From NCBI GenBank assembly GCA_965220205.1, contig OZ244812.1:2089678-2153677 (forward strand): 64,000 nt of DNA, in the 5' to 3' direction. Source of the stretch: Dehalococcoidia bacterium. GTDB taxonomy: Bacteria; Chloroflexota; Dehalococcoidia; Lucifugimonadales; Australimonadaceae. Shown here piece by piece: positions 30,066 to 38,654 of this stretch. The position numbers and the translations under genes are program-made. The notes under the pieces are model-generated. The model saw only the letters and a program-made list of their open reading frames with translations, searched no databases and was not told the origin of the DNA. The stretch's first letter is position 1. Each line of letters begins with the position of its first letter.

Positions 30066-30911
30066 ATGATTGTCGACTTCCACACGCACATCCTGCCCCC
30101 GGCGTTCCGCGGCCGGAGGGCCGCCGTCGCCGAGCGGGACGCGACGTTCCGGGCGCTGTTCCCGACGGACGGCGCAGGGATGGCGACTGCCCCCGAGCTG
30201 ATCAAGGCCATGGACGAGGACGGCGTGGACGTGTCGGTCGTGCTCGGCTACGGCTGGAGCGACCGCGACGTCGCGCGGGAGGCGAACGACTACCTGTTGG
30301 AGTCGGCGGCGCGCTACCCCGGGCGGATCGTCCCGTTCTGCAGCCTGCACCCGGCGTGGGGCGGCGAGGCGATGCGGGAGTTGGAGCGCTGCGCCGACGG
30401 AGGCGCGCGGGGCATCGGCGAGCTGCACCCGACGTCGCAACAGCTGCGGCTGGCGAGCGACGAGAGCCTGGACCCGGTGATGGCGTTCGCCAAGCAGCGC
30501 GACATGCCGGTGGTCGTCCACGGCTCGGAGCCGGTCGGCCACGGGTACGCAGGCAAGGGCGCCACCCACCCGGAAGAGCTGCTGGCGTTCGCGGAGCGCT
30601 ACCCGGAAGCGCGGATCGTCGCGGCGCACTGGGGCGGTGGCCTGCCGTTCTACGCGCTGATGCCGGAGGTGCGCCGCTCGCTCGCTAACGTCCTGTTCGA
30701 CTCGGCGGCGTCGCCGTTCCTGTACGACGCGGCGGTGTTCCCCACCGTGGCGCTCGCGGTCGGCGCCGACCACGTGCTGTTCGGTTCGGACTACCCGCTG
30801 CTGCGCGCCCGGCGAGTCGCCGAGCAGGCGTCCGCGAATCTCACGGAGTGTGAGGCTTCGGCGGTGCTGGGCGGGAACGCCGCGCGGCTGTTGGGGCTGG
30901 CCGGTAACTGA
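30066..30911 (+). CDS. amidohydrolase-family (TIM-barrel metal-dependent) hydrolase
   Basis: MIVDFHTHILPP metal-binding start, HWGGG and GSDYPL motifs. Confidence 0.82.
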   Translation: MIVDFHTHILPPAFRGRRAAVAERDATFRALFPTDGAGMATAPELIKAMDEDGVDVSVVLGYGWSDRDVAREANDYLLESAARYPGRIVPFCSLHPAWGGEAMRELERCADGGARGIGELHPTSQQLRLASDESLDPVMAFAKQRDMPVVVHGSEPVGHGYAGKGATHPEELLAFAERYPEARIVAAHWGGGLPFYALMPEVRRSLANVLFDSAASPFLYDAAVFPTVALAVGADHVLFGSDYPLLRARRVAEQASANLTECEASAVLGGNAARLLGLAGN

Positions 30912-30933
30912 CGAGCCGACAGTCAACCGCTAC

Positions 30934-31971
30934 TTATTTCCGCAGCGCTCTCTCCAGCTCTGCTAAGAAGATCGTCGTGTCTGCCATATAATTCGGGTAT
31001 ATTTTTCGTAAGTCTTTCAGTGATTGAGTAGATGCCAACAGCACATCCTTGTTCAGGTCTGTCCTGTAGGTAGACTCCAACTCAGCCAACCGCGACGAAG
31101 CTAATTCGGATTCGCGCTTGGGGAAGGAGTGGATAGTCATCAAATGCGTAGAGCTGTCCAATTCGATCAGGTAGTGATACGCATTCTTTGTTCGTTGTCC
31201 TTGGTGGTAGTGAGCCGCCGCGCGGATTGCGCGTAACCGATCTCTTACGTTGAGGTCGCGCTCCAACTCCCTAATCTCATTGACTATCTCGTCTTGCCTC
31301 TCTGGAGTTCCTGGGACTAGTGGTGTATGTTCGCGTATAGCTAGCATACTCCCCATAAGTGCAAAGAATCGCTCCCAGTTATCTGACCCCTGATGTATCT
31401 TCAGCAGCTGTTTCGCGAATGTATCCACCGTTTCTACTGCAGTGGCCCAACAGTGCTGGTAACGTGACCGTATTTGTATTTCTATCCGCTGTCCATCGTA
31501 TTGCGACGAGTGATCGCTGCGATAGTGATAGACCAGGTGGATACTTCGATAGCCGAACTTGTTGGGAAGCTCAATATGGTTCGTAACATGGTCTAATTCA
31601 TGCCTGATTCGACCTGTTTGGTATTTGGCAGCCAAGGCATTGGCTGCACGTGTAGATGCTACGACCGCTCGACATCCAGCGATATCCTGCATAGTTGATA
31701 GCGATACGTTCTTCAAGCGACGCAACTTCGATTCTATCGCAGGAAGTCGCTTGACGCGCTGTGCGATAGGTGGGCTTCTACGGTCAACCTCTCTGGCTTT
31801 GTCCCGAAGGCGCATCTGCATAGTGTTGAGCGGGAAGGCGTGCGCTGCACGCCAGTTGTTCACCACCACTAGTGCCGCATCGATGTCTGACTGCGAGGAG
31901 CGTTTCGAAATTAGGCGACGCCCAGCGTCGTCAATCTGGTCATCATCGTATTCGCGAATGGCCCATGTCAT
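30934..31971 (-). CDS. stand-alone RelA/SpoT-domain protein (small alarmone synthetase / toxSAS-like) with a helical C-terminal domain of about 140 aa
   Basis: All synthetase motifs present: QRVKRLPAIESKLRR, MQDIAGCRAVV, GYRSIHLVY, IEIQIRSRYQHCWATAVE. Gene lies in a markedly AT-richer segment. Confidence 0.85.
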   Translation of the reverse strand: MTWAIREYDDDQIDDAGRRLISKRSSQSDIDAALVVVNNWRAAHAFPLNTMQMRLRDKAREVDRRSPPIAQRVKRLPAIESKLRRLKNVSLSTMQDIAGCRAVVASTRAANALAAKYQTGRIRHELDHVTNHIELPNKFGYRSIHLVYHYRSDHSSQYDGQRIEIQIRSRYQHCWATAVETVDTFAKQLLKIHQGSDNWERFFALMGSMLAIREHTPLVPGTPERQDEIVNEIRELERDLNVRDRLRAIRAAAHYHQGQRTKNAYHYLIELDSSTHLMTIHSFPKRESELASSRLAELESTYRTDLNKDVLLASTQSLKDLRKIYPNYMADTTIFLAELERALRK

Positions 31972-32070
31972 ACGACAAGAATAGCCGCGTTGCTGTACAG
32001 AGTCAAGTATGCTATGGTTACTGACTAGTAACCGGAGAGAGTTGAGGTGTGAGCAGGGGAGGCTGTACTG

Positions 32071-32352
32071 ATGGTGCGTTCGTGCAGCTTGAGTTTAGGG
32101 TGCGTCGTCCTTATCTGTGCTGCTTGGATGATAACCGCTTGTGGCGGCGACCCAACTCCAACTCCAATTCCAAGTCCGAGCATATTCGCAGGGGAAGCCG
32201 CTGGGGTAATTAAGTCGACTGTAGGGTCACGGCAGGAGTGGGTTTCGACTGGAGGGAACGCCTATGCTCTATATCGTTGTACAGACATCGTGGAGCTCTT
32301 AGATCGAGCAGTATGGGAACCCTCTACGAGCTCATGGTTAGTAAGTGACTGA
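32071..32352 (+). CDS. small putative lipoprotein (93 aa)
   Basis: Signal peptide with lipobox MITAC. Low GC, like the neighbouring RelA/SpoT gene. Confidence 0.5.
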   Translation: MVRSCSLSLGCVVLICAAWMITACGGDPTPTPIPSPSIFAGEAAGVIKSTVGSRQEWVSTGGNAYALYRCTDIVELLDRAVWEPSTSSWLVSD

Positions 32353-32441
32353 TGGGAGAAATATCAGTATTGTTTATACGAGAAAACTATGACAGTCAGC
32401 GGTATCTCAGAAGCAATACCGCCGGCATGTAGATAGAGTTG

Positions 32442-33014
32442 ATGGGACCTTGGCCTACGACCGAGGCTCCAACGCTCCCCGACTACCTTCGGCCGGGGCT
32501 CGACATCGTGTTCGTGGGCATCAACCCGGGCGCGTATTCGGCGCGGGTGGGGAAGTACTTCGCGACGCCGGCCAACCGGTTCTGGCGGGCGTTGAACCGT
32601 TCGGGACTGGTGGACGCGGACCGCGAGCTCGGCCCCGGCGACGAGACGTGGCTGATGGACGCGGGGATCGGGTTCACCGACGTTGTGAAGCGGGCGAGCG
32701 GCAGCGCGTCGGACCTGCGGGCCGCGGACTTCAGGCGCTGGGCTCCGCTCACCCGGGAGAAGCTGATGGACGCCGCACCGGCCGTCGTCTGCTTCAACGG
32801 GCTCATGGGGTACCGGTGGTTCATGCAGTACGCGGAGGACACGAGAGTCAAGCCGGAGCTCGGCGAGCAGCCGGCGCCGCTCGGTCGCAGCTGCGTGTTC
32901 GTCGCGCCCAACCCGAGTCCAGCTAACGCGGCGGTCTCGCTGGACGCCATCGTCGGCTGGCACCGCAAGCTCGGCGAGCTGCGCGACCGCCTGACGGGCG
33001 CGGCGCGTGGCTGA
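32442..33014 (+). CDS. mug: G/U mismatch-specific uracil-DNA glycosylase (Mug/TDG family)
   Basis: VFVGINPG active-site motif and NPSPANA near the C-terminus. Confidence 0.88.
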   Translation: MGPWPTTEAPTLPDYLRPGLDIVFVGINPGAYSARVGKYFATPANRFWRALNRSGLVDADRELGPGDETWLMDAGIGFTDVVKRASGSASDLRAADFRRWAPLTREKLMDAAPAVVCFNGLMGYRWFMQYAEDTRVKPELGEQPAPLGRSCVFVAPNPSPANAAVSLDAIVGWHRKLGELRDRLTGAARG

Positions 33015-33603
33015 GGACGACCTGCGCCTGTTCGTGGCGGTCGCGCTGCCGGACCACGCGTTGCGGGCGCTCGGCGGGGCCATCGACCGGCTGCGTGCGG
33101 AGCTGTCCGGGGCGTTCCGTTGGTCGGAGCCCGAGACGATGCATCTCACCGTGAGGTTCATCGGCGGAACGCCGCCGGAGCGCGTGCCCGAGATCACGGC
33201 TGCGTTGGAGGAGGCCGCGGCCCGATGCGGGCGGCTCGAACTGCGACTCGACGGAGCGGGGGCCTTCTATCGCCGACGTACGCCGACGGTTGTGTGGGTA
33301 GGGCTCGGGGGCAGCGTTGCTGGCCTGGCCGCGCTGCACGACGCGGTCAAGGCGGCGCTCGGCGGCGCTGGCCTCTCACCGGAGACGACGGCGTTCCGTC
33401 CGCATCTGACGTTGGCGCGGGTGCGCGGCGGGGTCACGCCTGTCGAGGCCGACCGGCTGCGGCTTCTGCTCGCAGCGGTCCGGTTCGACGATACGCCGCC
33501 GTTCGCCGTCGAGTCGGTCCGCCTGATGCGGAGCGAGCTGCTGCCCGGCGGGGCGCGCCACACGACGTTGGCGGAGGCGCCGCTCGGCGGCGTCCGCGAG
33601 TAG
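33007..33603 (+). CDS. thpR: RNA 2',3'-cyclic phosphodiesterase (2H phosphoesterase, LigT/ThpR)
   Basis: Two HxT motifs, HLTVRF and HLTLAR, 198 aa. Confidence 0.88.
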   Translation: MAEDDLRLFVAVALPDHALRALGGAIDRLRAELSGAFRWSEPETMHLTVRFIGGTPPERVPEITAALEEAAARCGRLELRLDGAGAFYRRRTPTVVWVGLGGSVAGLAALHDAVKAALGGAGLSPETTAFRPHLTLARVRGGVTPVEADRLRLLLAAVRFDDTPPFAVESVRLMRSELLPGGARHTTLAEAPLGGVRE

Positions 33604-33713
33604 TCTCTTGGTTTAGGCGACGAGTAGGGTTCGGAGATACGGCTCGGCTAACCTAGACTGGTCGTAAGCGACTGCTTTAGTTCTTGATAGCGTACCCGCT
33701 CTGGAGGAGCCCA

Positions 33714-33854
33714 ATGGGTGAAAGCACCGACGCCCACTCCGCCCGCGAGGAACGGCGCGTAGTTGGCCCGTCTGACGAACGACCGATGTCAACATGCCAG
33801 CTCTGGCGGCCCGTCTGCACCATCATCACAGGGTCGCAGCAGCACCGACCATGA
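33714..33854 (+). CDS. possible upstream micro-ORF (46 aa) coupled to the GNAT gene
   Basis: ATG behind GGAGGAG. Its TGA overlaps the GNAT ATG (ATGA at 33851-33854). No homology support. Confidence 0.25.
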   Translation: MGESTDAHSAREERRVVGPSDERPMSTCQLWRPVCTIITGSQQHRP

Positions 33855-34993
33855 CCAAGCCCACCGAGTTGAGGACAGAGCGACTTCTGCTCAGACCCTT
33901 CAGGCTGTCGGACATTGACGACGTGCTCGATTACGCCAGCGACCCTGACTGGGCAGCGTTCTACCCGCGACCGTACGACCGGGGAGCTACAGAGTACATG
34001 GTCGCACAGGCGGTGCTGTCGTCCTGGGACAAGAGGGCCGAGTTCGCCATCGTATTCGAGGGCCGTGTAATAGGCCTTGTTGAGTTGGCCGTCGACCCCA
34101 AGAACCAGACGGCCGAGCTCGGGTACGACATCGCCAGGAACGTGTGGGGACAGGGACTCGCCGTAGAGGCGTCAGTCGCCGTTTGCGACTGGGGGTTCCG
34201 CGAATATGGGCTCGCAAGAGTCTACGCCTGGGCCGACTCGCGGAACGGGCGCTCCTTGCGGGTGATGGAAAAGCTGGGCATGACGCGGGAGGGGATGCAC
34301 CGGAGCCACGAAGTCGGGCGCGGAGAGCGGGTCGATGGAGTCACTTACGCCGTGCTGAGGGAGGAGTGGAGTGGGCCCCGCGGACCGCTGCCGTCCGTAC
34401 CCACGGCCCCCAGGGAATACGATACGACCCACCGTGGCGAGCGCCGCGAGCTGACTACCCCCCGGCTCGTCCTGCGGCCCTTCGGATCGGGAGACGTAGA
34501 CGACCTGTTCGAGTACGCCAAAGACCCTGAGTGGGCGGAGTACCTCCTGGACTCCGTACCTCAGCCATACACTCGGCGCAACGCGGAGGAGTTCATCGCG
34601 GACCGGATGCTGGCGCCGGAAACGCAGATCTCTTGGGCAATAGTGCTGGACGGCACCGGCATTGGGGGCATCATTCTGAGCGTCGATTCGCAGCACGAGA
34701 CCGGCGAGATTGACTACGCATTGGCGAAATCGCATTGGGGGCAAGGACTCATGACGGAGGCCGCCGGCGCGGTGGTCGATTGGGGGTTTGGCCAAAGGGG
34801 GCTGCACAGAATTTCGTCTCAAGCTGACATCCGCAACCGGCGGTCTTGCAGGGTTTTGGAGAAACTGGGCATGGTGCGAGAAGGGATGTCCCGGAGCCTC
34901 CGCAAGGACCCTAGACCCGGCTACCCGCGAATCGACATCGTCTCCTACAGCCTGCTACGGGAGGAGTGGGCTCAGGCAGTCGGCACCCGATAA
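33851..34993 (+). CDS. tandem-domain GNAT N-acetyltransferase (two RimJ/RimL-like modules)
   Basis: Two repeats of the pattern TERLLLRPF...NVWGQGLA and TPRLVLRPF...SHWGQGLM. Confidence 0.85.
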   Translation: MTKPTELRTERLLLRPFRLSDIDDVLDYASDPDWAAFYPRPYDRGATEYMVAQAVLSSWDKRAEFAIVFEGRVIGLVELAVDPKNQTAELGYDIARNVWGQGLAVEASVAVCDWGFREYGLARVYAWADSRNGRSLRVMEKLGMTREGMHRSHEVGRGERVDGVTYAVLREEWSGPRGPLPSVPTAPREYDTTHRGERRELTTPRLVLRPFGSGDVDDLFEYAKDPEWAEYLLDSVPQPYTRRNAEEFIADRMLAPETQISWAIVLDGTGIGGIILSVDSQHETGEIDYALAKSHWGQGLMTEAAGAVVDWGFGQRGLHRISSQADIRNRRSCRVLEKLGMVREGMSRSLRKDPRPGYPRIDIVSYSLLREEWAQAVGTR

Positions 34994-35384
34994 CCCGAAT
35001 CACCTCTTCCCAGTTGAACGCCTCTGACTCCTCTCCCTTCACCTCCTGAGCACGCCTTGGGGGTCTCGCTTTGACACCCTGCGGTCGAGGACCCCAAAGA
35101 CTTCAAGCACCAAACTCTTGCACGCAGCACGCTGCCGAGTTGGTCCACTTGAGTTGAGCGGCGAGGTCACTCAGACAACGCCGTTCTGCCACACAGCATT
35201 ATCTACACGTATCCGCGCTACAACGTTTCAGACCATAACCGCGCTGCCGGTATGCTGTTTTCGCCCGTGGCTCTCGCTTCGAGGGAGGTCGGTTGACCCA
35301 GGAAACTTCCTCCGAGTTCCTCCCAACTGAGTCGGGTATCCTATGCCGCGCCAAGTGACGAGTACGAACGACAGGAGTGGACGC

Positions 35385-35798
35385 ATGGAGTTCAACGACG
35401 CGCTGGCCTTTCTCGAACAGGAGCACTCGGCGGTGGTGACGACGATCGGCCGCTCCGGCTTGCCGCAGGCGACGATTGTGCGGGCCGGACCGTACGAGGG
35501 GACGATGGCGTTCGTCGTGCGCGGGGGCACGGTGAAGCTGGCGAACCTGAAGCGTGACGACCGTTGCACGGTGCTGGTGGCGAAGCCGGACTGGACGCGC
35601 TACGCGACGGTGGAGGGGCGGGCGGCGACGCACCGGCAGGACAACACCGATGGGGAGGAGCTGCGCCTGCTGCTGCGAAGGGTTTTCGCGGCAGCGGGCG
35701 GGACGCACTCCGACTGGGAGGAGTACGACCGGGTGATGCGCGAGGAGCAGCGCGCGGTCGTGCTGGTGACGCCCGAGCGGGTCTACGGCAGGGTCTAG
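35385..35798 (+). CDS. PPOX-class (pyridoxamine 5'-phosphate oxidase-like) probable F420-dependent enzyme
   Basis: LEQEHSAVVTTIGRSGLPQATIV split-barrel start. Stop TAG lies in CTAG at the MITE border. Confidence 0.75.
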   Translation: MEFNDALAFLEQEHSAVVTTIGRSGLPQATIVRAGPYEGTMAFVVRGGTVKLANLKRDDRCTVLVAKPDWTRYATVEGRAATHRQDNTDGEELRLLLRRVFAAAGGTHSDWEEYDRVMREEQRAVVLVTPERVYGRV

Positions 35799-36064
35799 GA
35801 ACCTCTGAACAAGGTTCGCCCCTCCTCAATCCTCCCCCGTAGGGGCCGTTGCGCAACTCTGCTTGACGACCGCTGTTCTTCCCGCCCACCCGCCCCAAAC
35901 GTTGGTGTGGGGGACACCCCCACGCCCCCGGCAGAGGGCTCAGCCCTCTGCACTCCCCATCGGGCGAGTACGAGAGCGGTCCCTACGAGTTATGCAAAGG
36001 TCTCCGTGGGGGAGGAGGCCGGACTGGAGCGACCGACTGACCGACGAACTTGTTCAGAGGTTCC
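35799..36064. mobile_element. MITE (266 bp) with IS5-type termini, carrying the double-hairpin repeat
   Basis: GAACCTCTGAACAAG ... CTTGTTCAGAGGTTCC. Flanked by CTAG at 35795-35798 and 36065-36068. Interior matches 38086..38343 and 38392..38617. Confidence 0.85.
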
Positions 36065-36520
36065 CTAGGCTGAGAGCCCGACCAGCGAGCGCACGAGCGC
36101 TTCCTTCGCTGTGGGGATGCCGCAGCGCGACGCCAGGCCGCCGAGGCCCGCGGTCCGCGAGGCCGGGCCTCCGGCGAGCAACCCCGCCGCGAATTCTTCG
36201 GCTTGCCGCTCGGCCTTGAGCCGCGCGACCCACTGCCACGACTCGACGTAGAGGCTCGTGCCCGTGTGGAGCAGATGGTGGCCGACGGAGTGCGCCGTGA
36301 GCCAGCGCACCCACGGCTCGGGCAGGCGGTCGTCGATTCCGATAGTGCGCTCGACGATGACCTCGCGCACGCGCCCGGCGAACCGCCACGGCTCGACCTC
36401 GAGGCCGAGGTGCTCGAGGACCGGCCTCAACTCCGCGCCCGGCCCGATCCCCAGCTCGTCGGCGAGCGCGCAGCCTCGTTCGAACGATCTCATCGCCGGT
36501 CCTCCGTGCTCGTCATTCAT
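36065..36520 (-). CDS. ImmA/IrrE (M78)-like protein with HSxxH in place of HExxH
   Basis: LTAHSVGHHLLH and downstream ERQAEEFAAGLL match the M78 layout, but the catalytic Glu position is Ser. Start ATG at 36520 lies in the IS481 target duplication. Confidence 0.7.
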   Translation of the reverse strand: MNDEHGGPAMRSFERGCALADELGIGPGAELRPVLEHLGLEVEPWRFAGRVREVIVERTIGIDDRLPEPWVRWLTAHSVGHHLLHTGTSLYVESWQWVARLKAERQAEEFAAGLLAGGPASRTAGLGGLASRCGIPTAKEALVRSLVGLSA

Positions 36521-37565
36521 GTAGATGTTAGGTAATTCGTTGACAGATTTGGCTGGAGAACGAGCCAGTCTGGAGGCGAAGATGCGCGACAACAGCACCG
36601 ACCGCACCATCGAGCGGAACTATGTTCAGAAGTGGCGGTTCCTCATCCGGGAGTACGAACAGGTCAAGGCCAAGAGCCACCCCAAGTTCCGCTTCGTCCA
36701 GGACTTCTACGCCTTCCATGGGACCAACCGCCAGACCTTCGCCAAGTACTACAACCGCTATCGGCAGTCCGGCAACGGCGACGCCCTGCTGCCTGGCAAG
36801 CGGGGACCCCGTTGGAAGAGCCGCCGCACCCTCCCCTTCATCGAGGAGAAGGTGCTCGAGCTCCGGCGCAAGGGCATCAACCGCTACGAGATCTATGCCA
36901 TACTCAGGCCGGTGCTGAAGTCCCACACGCCAGCGCCCTCGACCATCTACGCCATCGCCCAGCGCCACGGCCTGAACCGGTTGACCAAGCCCATGCGGGA
37001 GTCCAAGCGCCAGATCATCAAGACCCGTGCCGGGGAGCTGGGCCACCTGGACTGCCACCACCTGAGCAAGGACCTGCTCGTGGGCGCCAGGCGGCGCTCC
37101 TACCTGGTGTGCGTGATCGACGCCTGCACCCGTCTGGCCTGGGCGGAGGTGGTGGACGACCTGAAGAGCCTGAGCGTCATGTTCGCGGCGCTGAAGAGCA
37201 TCAACCTGCTGAACGCCGAGTATGGAGTCCGGTTCGAGGCCATTCTCACGGACAACGGGGCCGAGGTGGCTTCGCCGGCCAACAAGGCCAACCACCCGAT
37301 GGAGCGGATGTTCCAGGAGCTGGGCATCACGCACCGCTACACGCGGCCCTACCGGCCGCAGACCAACGGGAAGGTCGAGCGGTTCTGGCGGACGCTGAAC
37401 GAGGACCTGCTGGACGAGACGACGTTCGAGTCGGTGGAGGAGCTGAAGGAGGAGTTGATGCAGTACCTCGTCTACTACAACACCGCACGGCCCCACCAGG
37501 GCCTCGGGGGAAAGACCCCCCTCCAAACCCTGCAAAATCTGTCAACGAATTAGCTGACACATACA
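36521..37565 (+). mobile_element. IS481-family insertion sequence (1045 bp)
   Basis: About 33-bp imperfect terminal inverted repeats sharing TAATTCGTTGACAGATTT. 6-bp direct repeat ATTCAT at 36515-36520 and 37566-37571. Confidence 0.88.
36525..37553 (+). CDS. IS481-family transposase (DDE/rve integrase core)
   Basis: HLDCHHL..., VIDACTRLAW, TDNGAE and YRPQTNGKVERFWRTL motifs, 342 aa. Confidence 0.92.
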   Translation: MLGNSLTDLAGERASLEAKMRDNSTDRTIERNYVQKWRFLIREYEQVKAKSHPKFRFVQDFYAFHGTNRQTFAKYYNRYRQSGNGDALLPGKRGPRWKSRRTLPFIEEKVLELRRKGINRYEIYAILRPVLKSHTPAPSTIYAIAQRHGLNRLTKPMRESKRQIIKTRAGELGHLDCHHLSKDLLVGARRRSYLVCVIDACTRLAWAEVVDDLKSLSVMFAALKSINLLNAEYGVRFEAILTDNGAEVASPANKANHPMERMFQELGITHRYTRPYRPQTNGKVERFWRTLNEDLLDETTFESVEELKEELMQYLVYYNTARPHQGLGGKTPLQTLQNLSTN

Positions 37566-37650
37566 ATTCATCGTGGGGGGCAACGGCCATTGTCAGCGCC
37601 GCCGCGGCGCGCCGCCAGGGTCCGCTGTCACTGCAGGGCGGGGGGCTCGG

Positions 37651-38010
37651 TCAATCGGAGGAGCGCTTGAACCGCACGTAGCGGGCGAACTCCTTGACCT
37701 CGCCGAGCTCTTCTTCTGTGAGGTCGCCGAACTCGTAGAGGCGGGCAAGGTCGGTGGCGCGAACCGGGTTCTCGATCTCGTCCCGGGAGAGGTGGCCGGC
37801 CCGGAACAGGAGCTCGGACACCGGCAAGCCCATGGCCCCGGCGAGCTTCCTGAGGGTCGAGGGCCGCGGCACGTTCCCGTGGTTGAAGAGGGCGCTCAAT
37901 GTCGTGTGCGTAATGCCGGCGCGCTGGGCGAGCGCGAGCGCCGAGCTGTGGTGCTCGTCGATCCACTGACGAATGAACGACGCGAGCTGTAGGGAGTCTG
38001 ACGTTGCCAC
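37651..38010 (-). CDS. XRE-family HTH transcriptional regulator
   Basis: LALAQRAGITHTTLSALFNHGNVPRPSTLRKLAGAMG HTH. The N-terminal part of ORF 37651..38199 runs into repeat DNA, so the start is set at GTG 38010 (uncertain). Confidence 0.7.
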   Translation of the reverse strand: MATSDSLQLASFIRQWIDEHHSSALALAQRAGITHTTLSALFNHGNVPRPSTLRKLAGAMGLPVSELLFRAGHLSRDEIENPVRATDLARLYEFGDLTEEELGEVKEFARYVRFKRSSD

Positions 38011-38085
38011 GCGTCGGATTGTACACCATCGGTTGTCCGCGACACGCGGCTGTTCAGACTTGGAGAGAGGAACGTCTCTCGCCGA

Positions 38086-38617
38086 CAGACGAGACCTTGC
38101 ATGGCTGCTTGACGAGCGCTGTTCTTCCCACCCGCCCGCCCCAAACGTTGGTGTGGGGGACACCCCCACGCCCCTGGCAGAGGGCTCAGCCCTCTGCACT
38201 CCCCCCGCTGGGCGACTGCGAGAACCGCCCCCAACGAGTTATGCAAAGGTCTCGCAGACGGGGAGAGGACTTTTGAGGCAATGACGGGGACGTGGCGTCA
38301 GGGGTGGGTTCCCGTGTCAAGCACGAGAATGACGGAACGGGGCGCGGGTGTGTAGGCGGGCGGAGCGCGGCCCTCTCTCTAACTCCCCCCGCAGACGAGA
38401 TCTTGCATAGCTGCTTGACGGCGCTGTTCTTCCCGCCCGCCCACCCGCAACGCTTGGTGGGGGACACCCCCACGCCCCCGGCAGAGGGCTTTGCCCTCTG
38501 CACTCCCCCATTGGGCGACTACAAGAGCCGCCGCTACGAGTTAGGCAAAGGTCTCCCGCGCGGCCCGCCGGGGGCGCATGGGTTCCCGTGTCAAGCACGA
38601 GAACGACGGAACGGGGC
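38086..38617. repeat. two tandem copies (about 258 and 226 bp) of a structured repeat with two hairpins plus a REP hairpin
   Basis: Each unit has CTGCTTGACG..GCTGTTCTTCCC, GTGGGGG-ACA-CCCCCAC, GCAGAGGGCT..GCCCTCTGC, TTATGCAAAGGTCTC and CCCGTGTCAAGCACGAGAA. A third copy lies inside the MITE at 35859..36010. Confidence 0.85.
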
Positions 38618-38654
38618 GGCGACGCTGGTCGTCCGCGACACGCGGCGGTATCAG

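Noticed and set aside
38292-38654. N-terminal 121 codons of the terminase ORF
   Set aside because: This stretch translates repeat DNA (the VKHENDG pseudo-peptide recurs in several unrelated spurious ORFs). The start was moved to ATG 38655.
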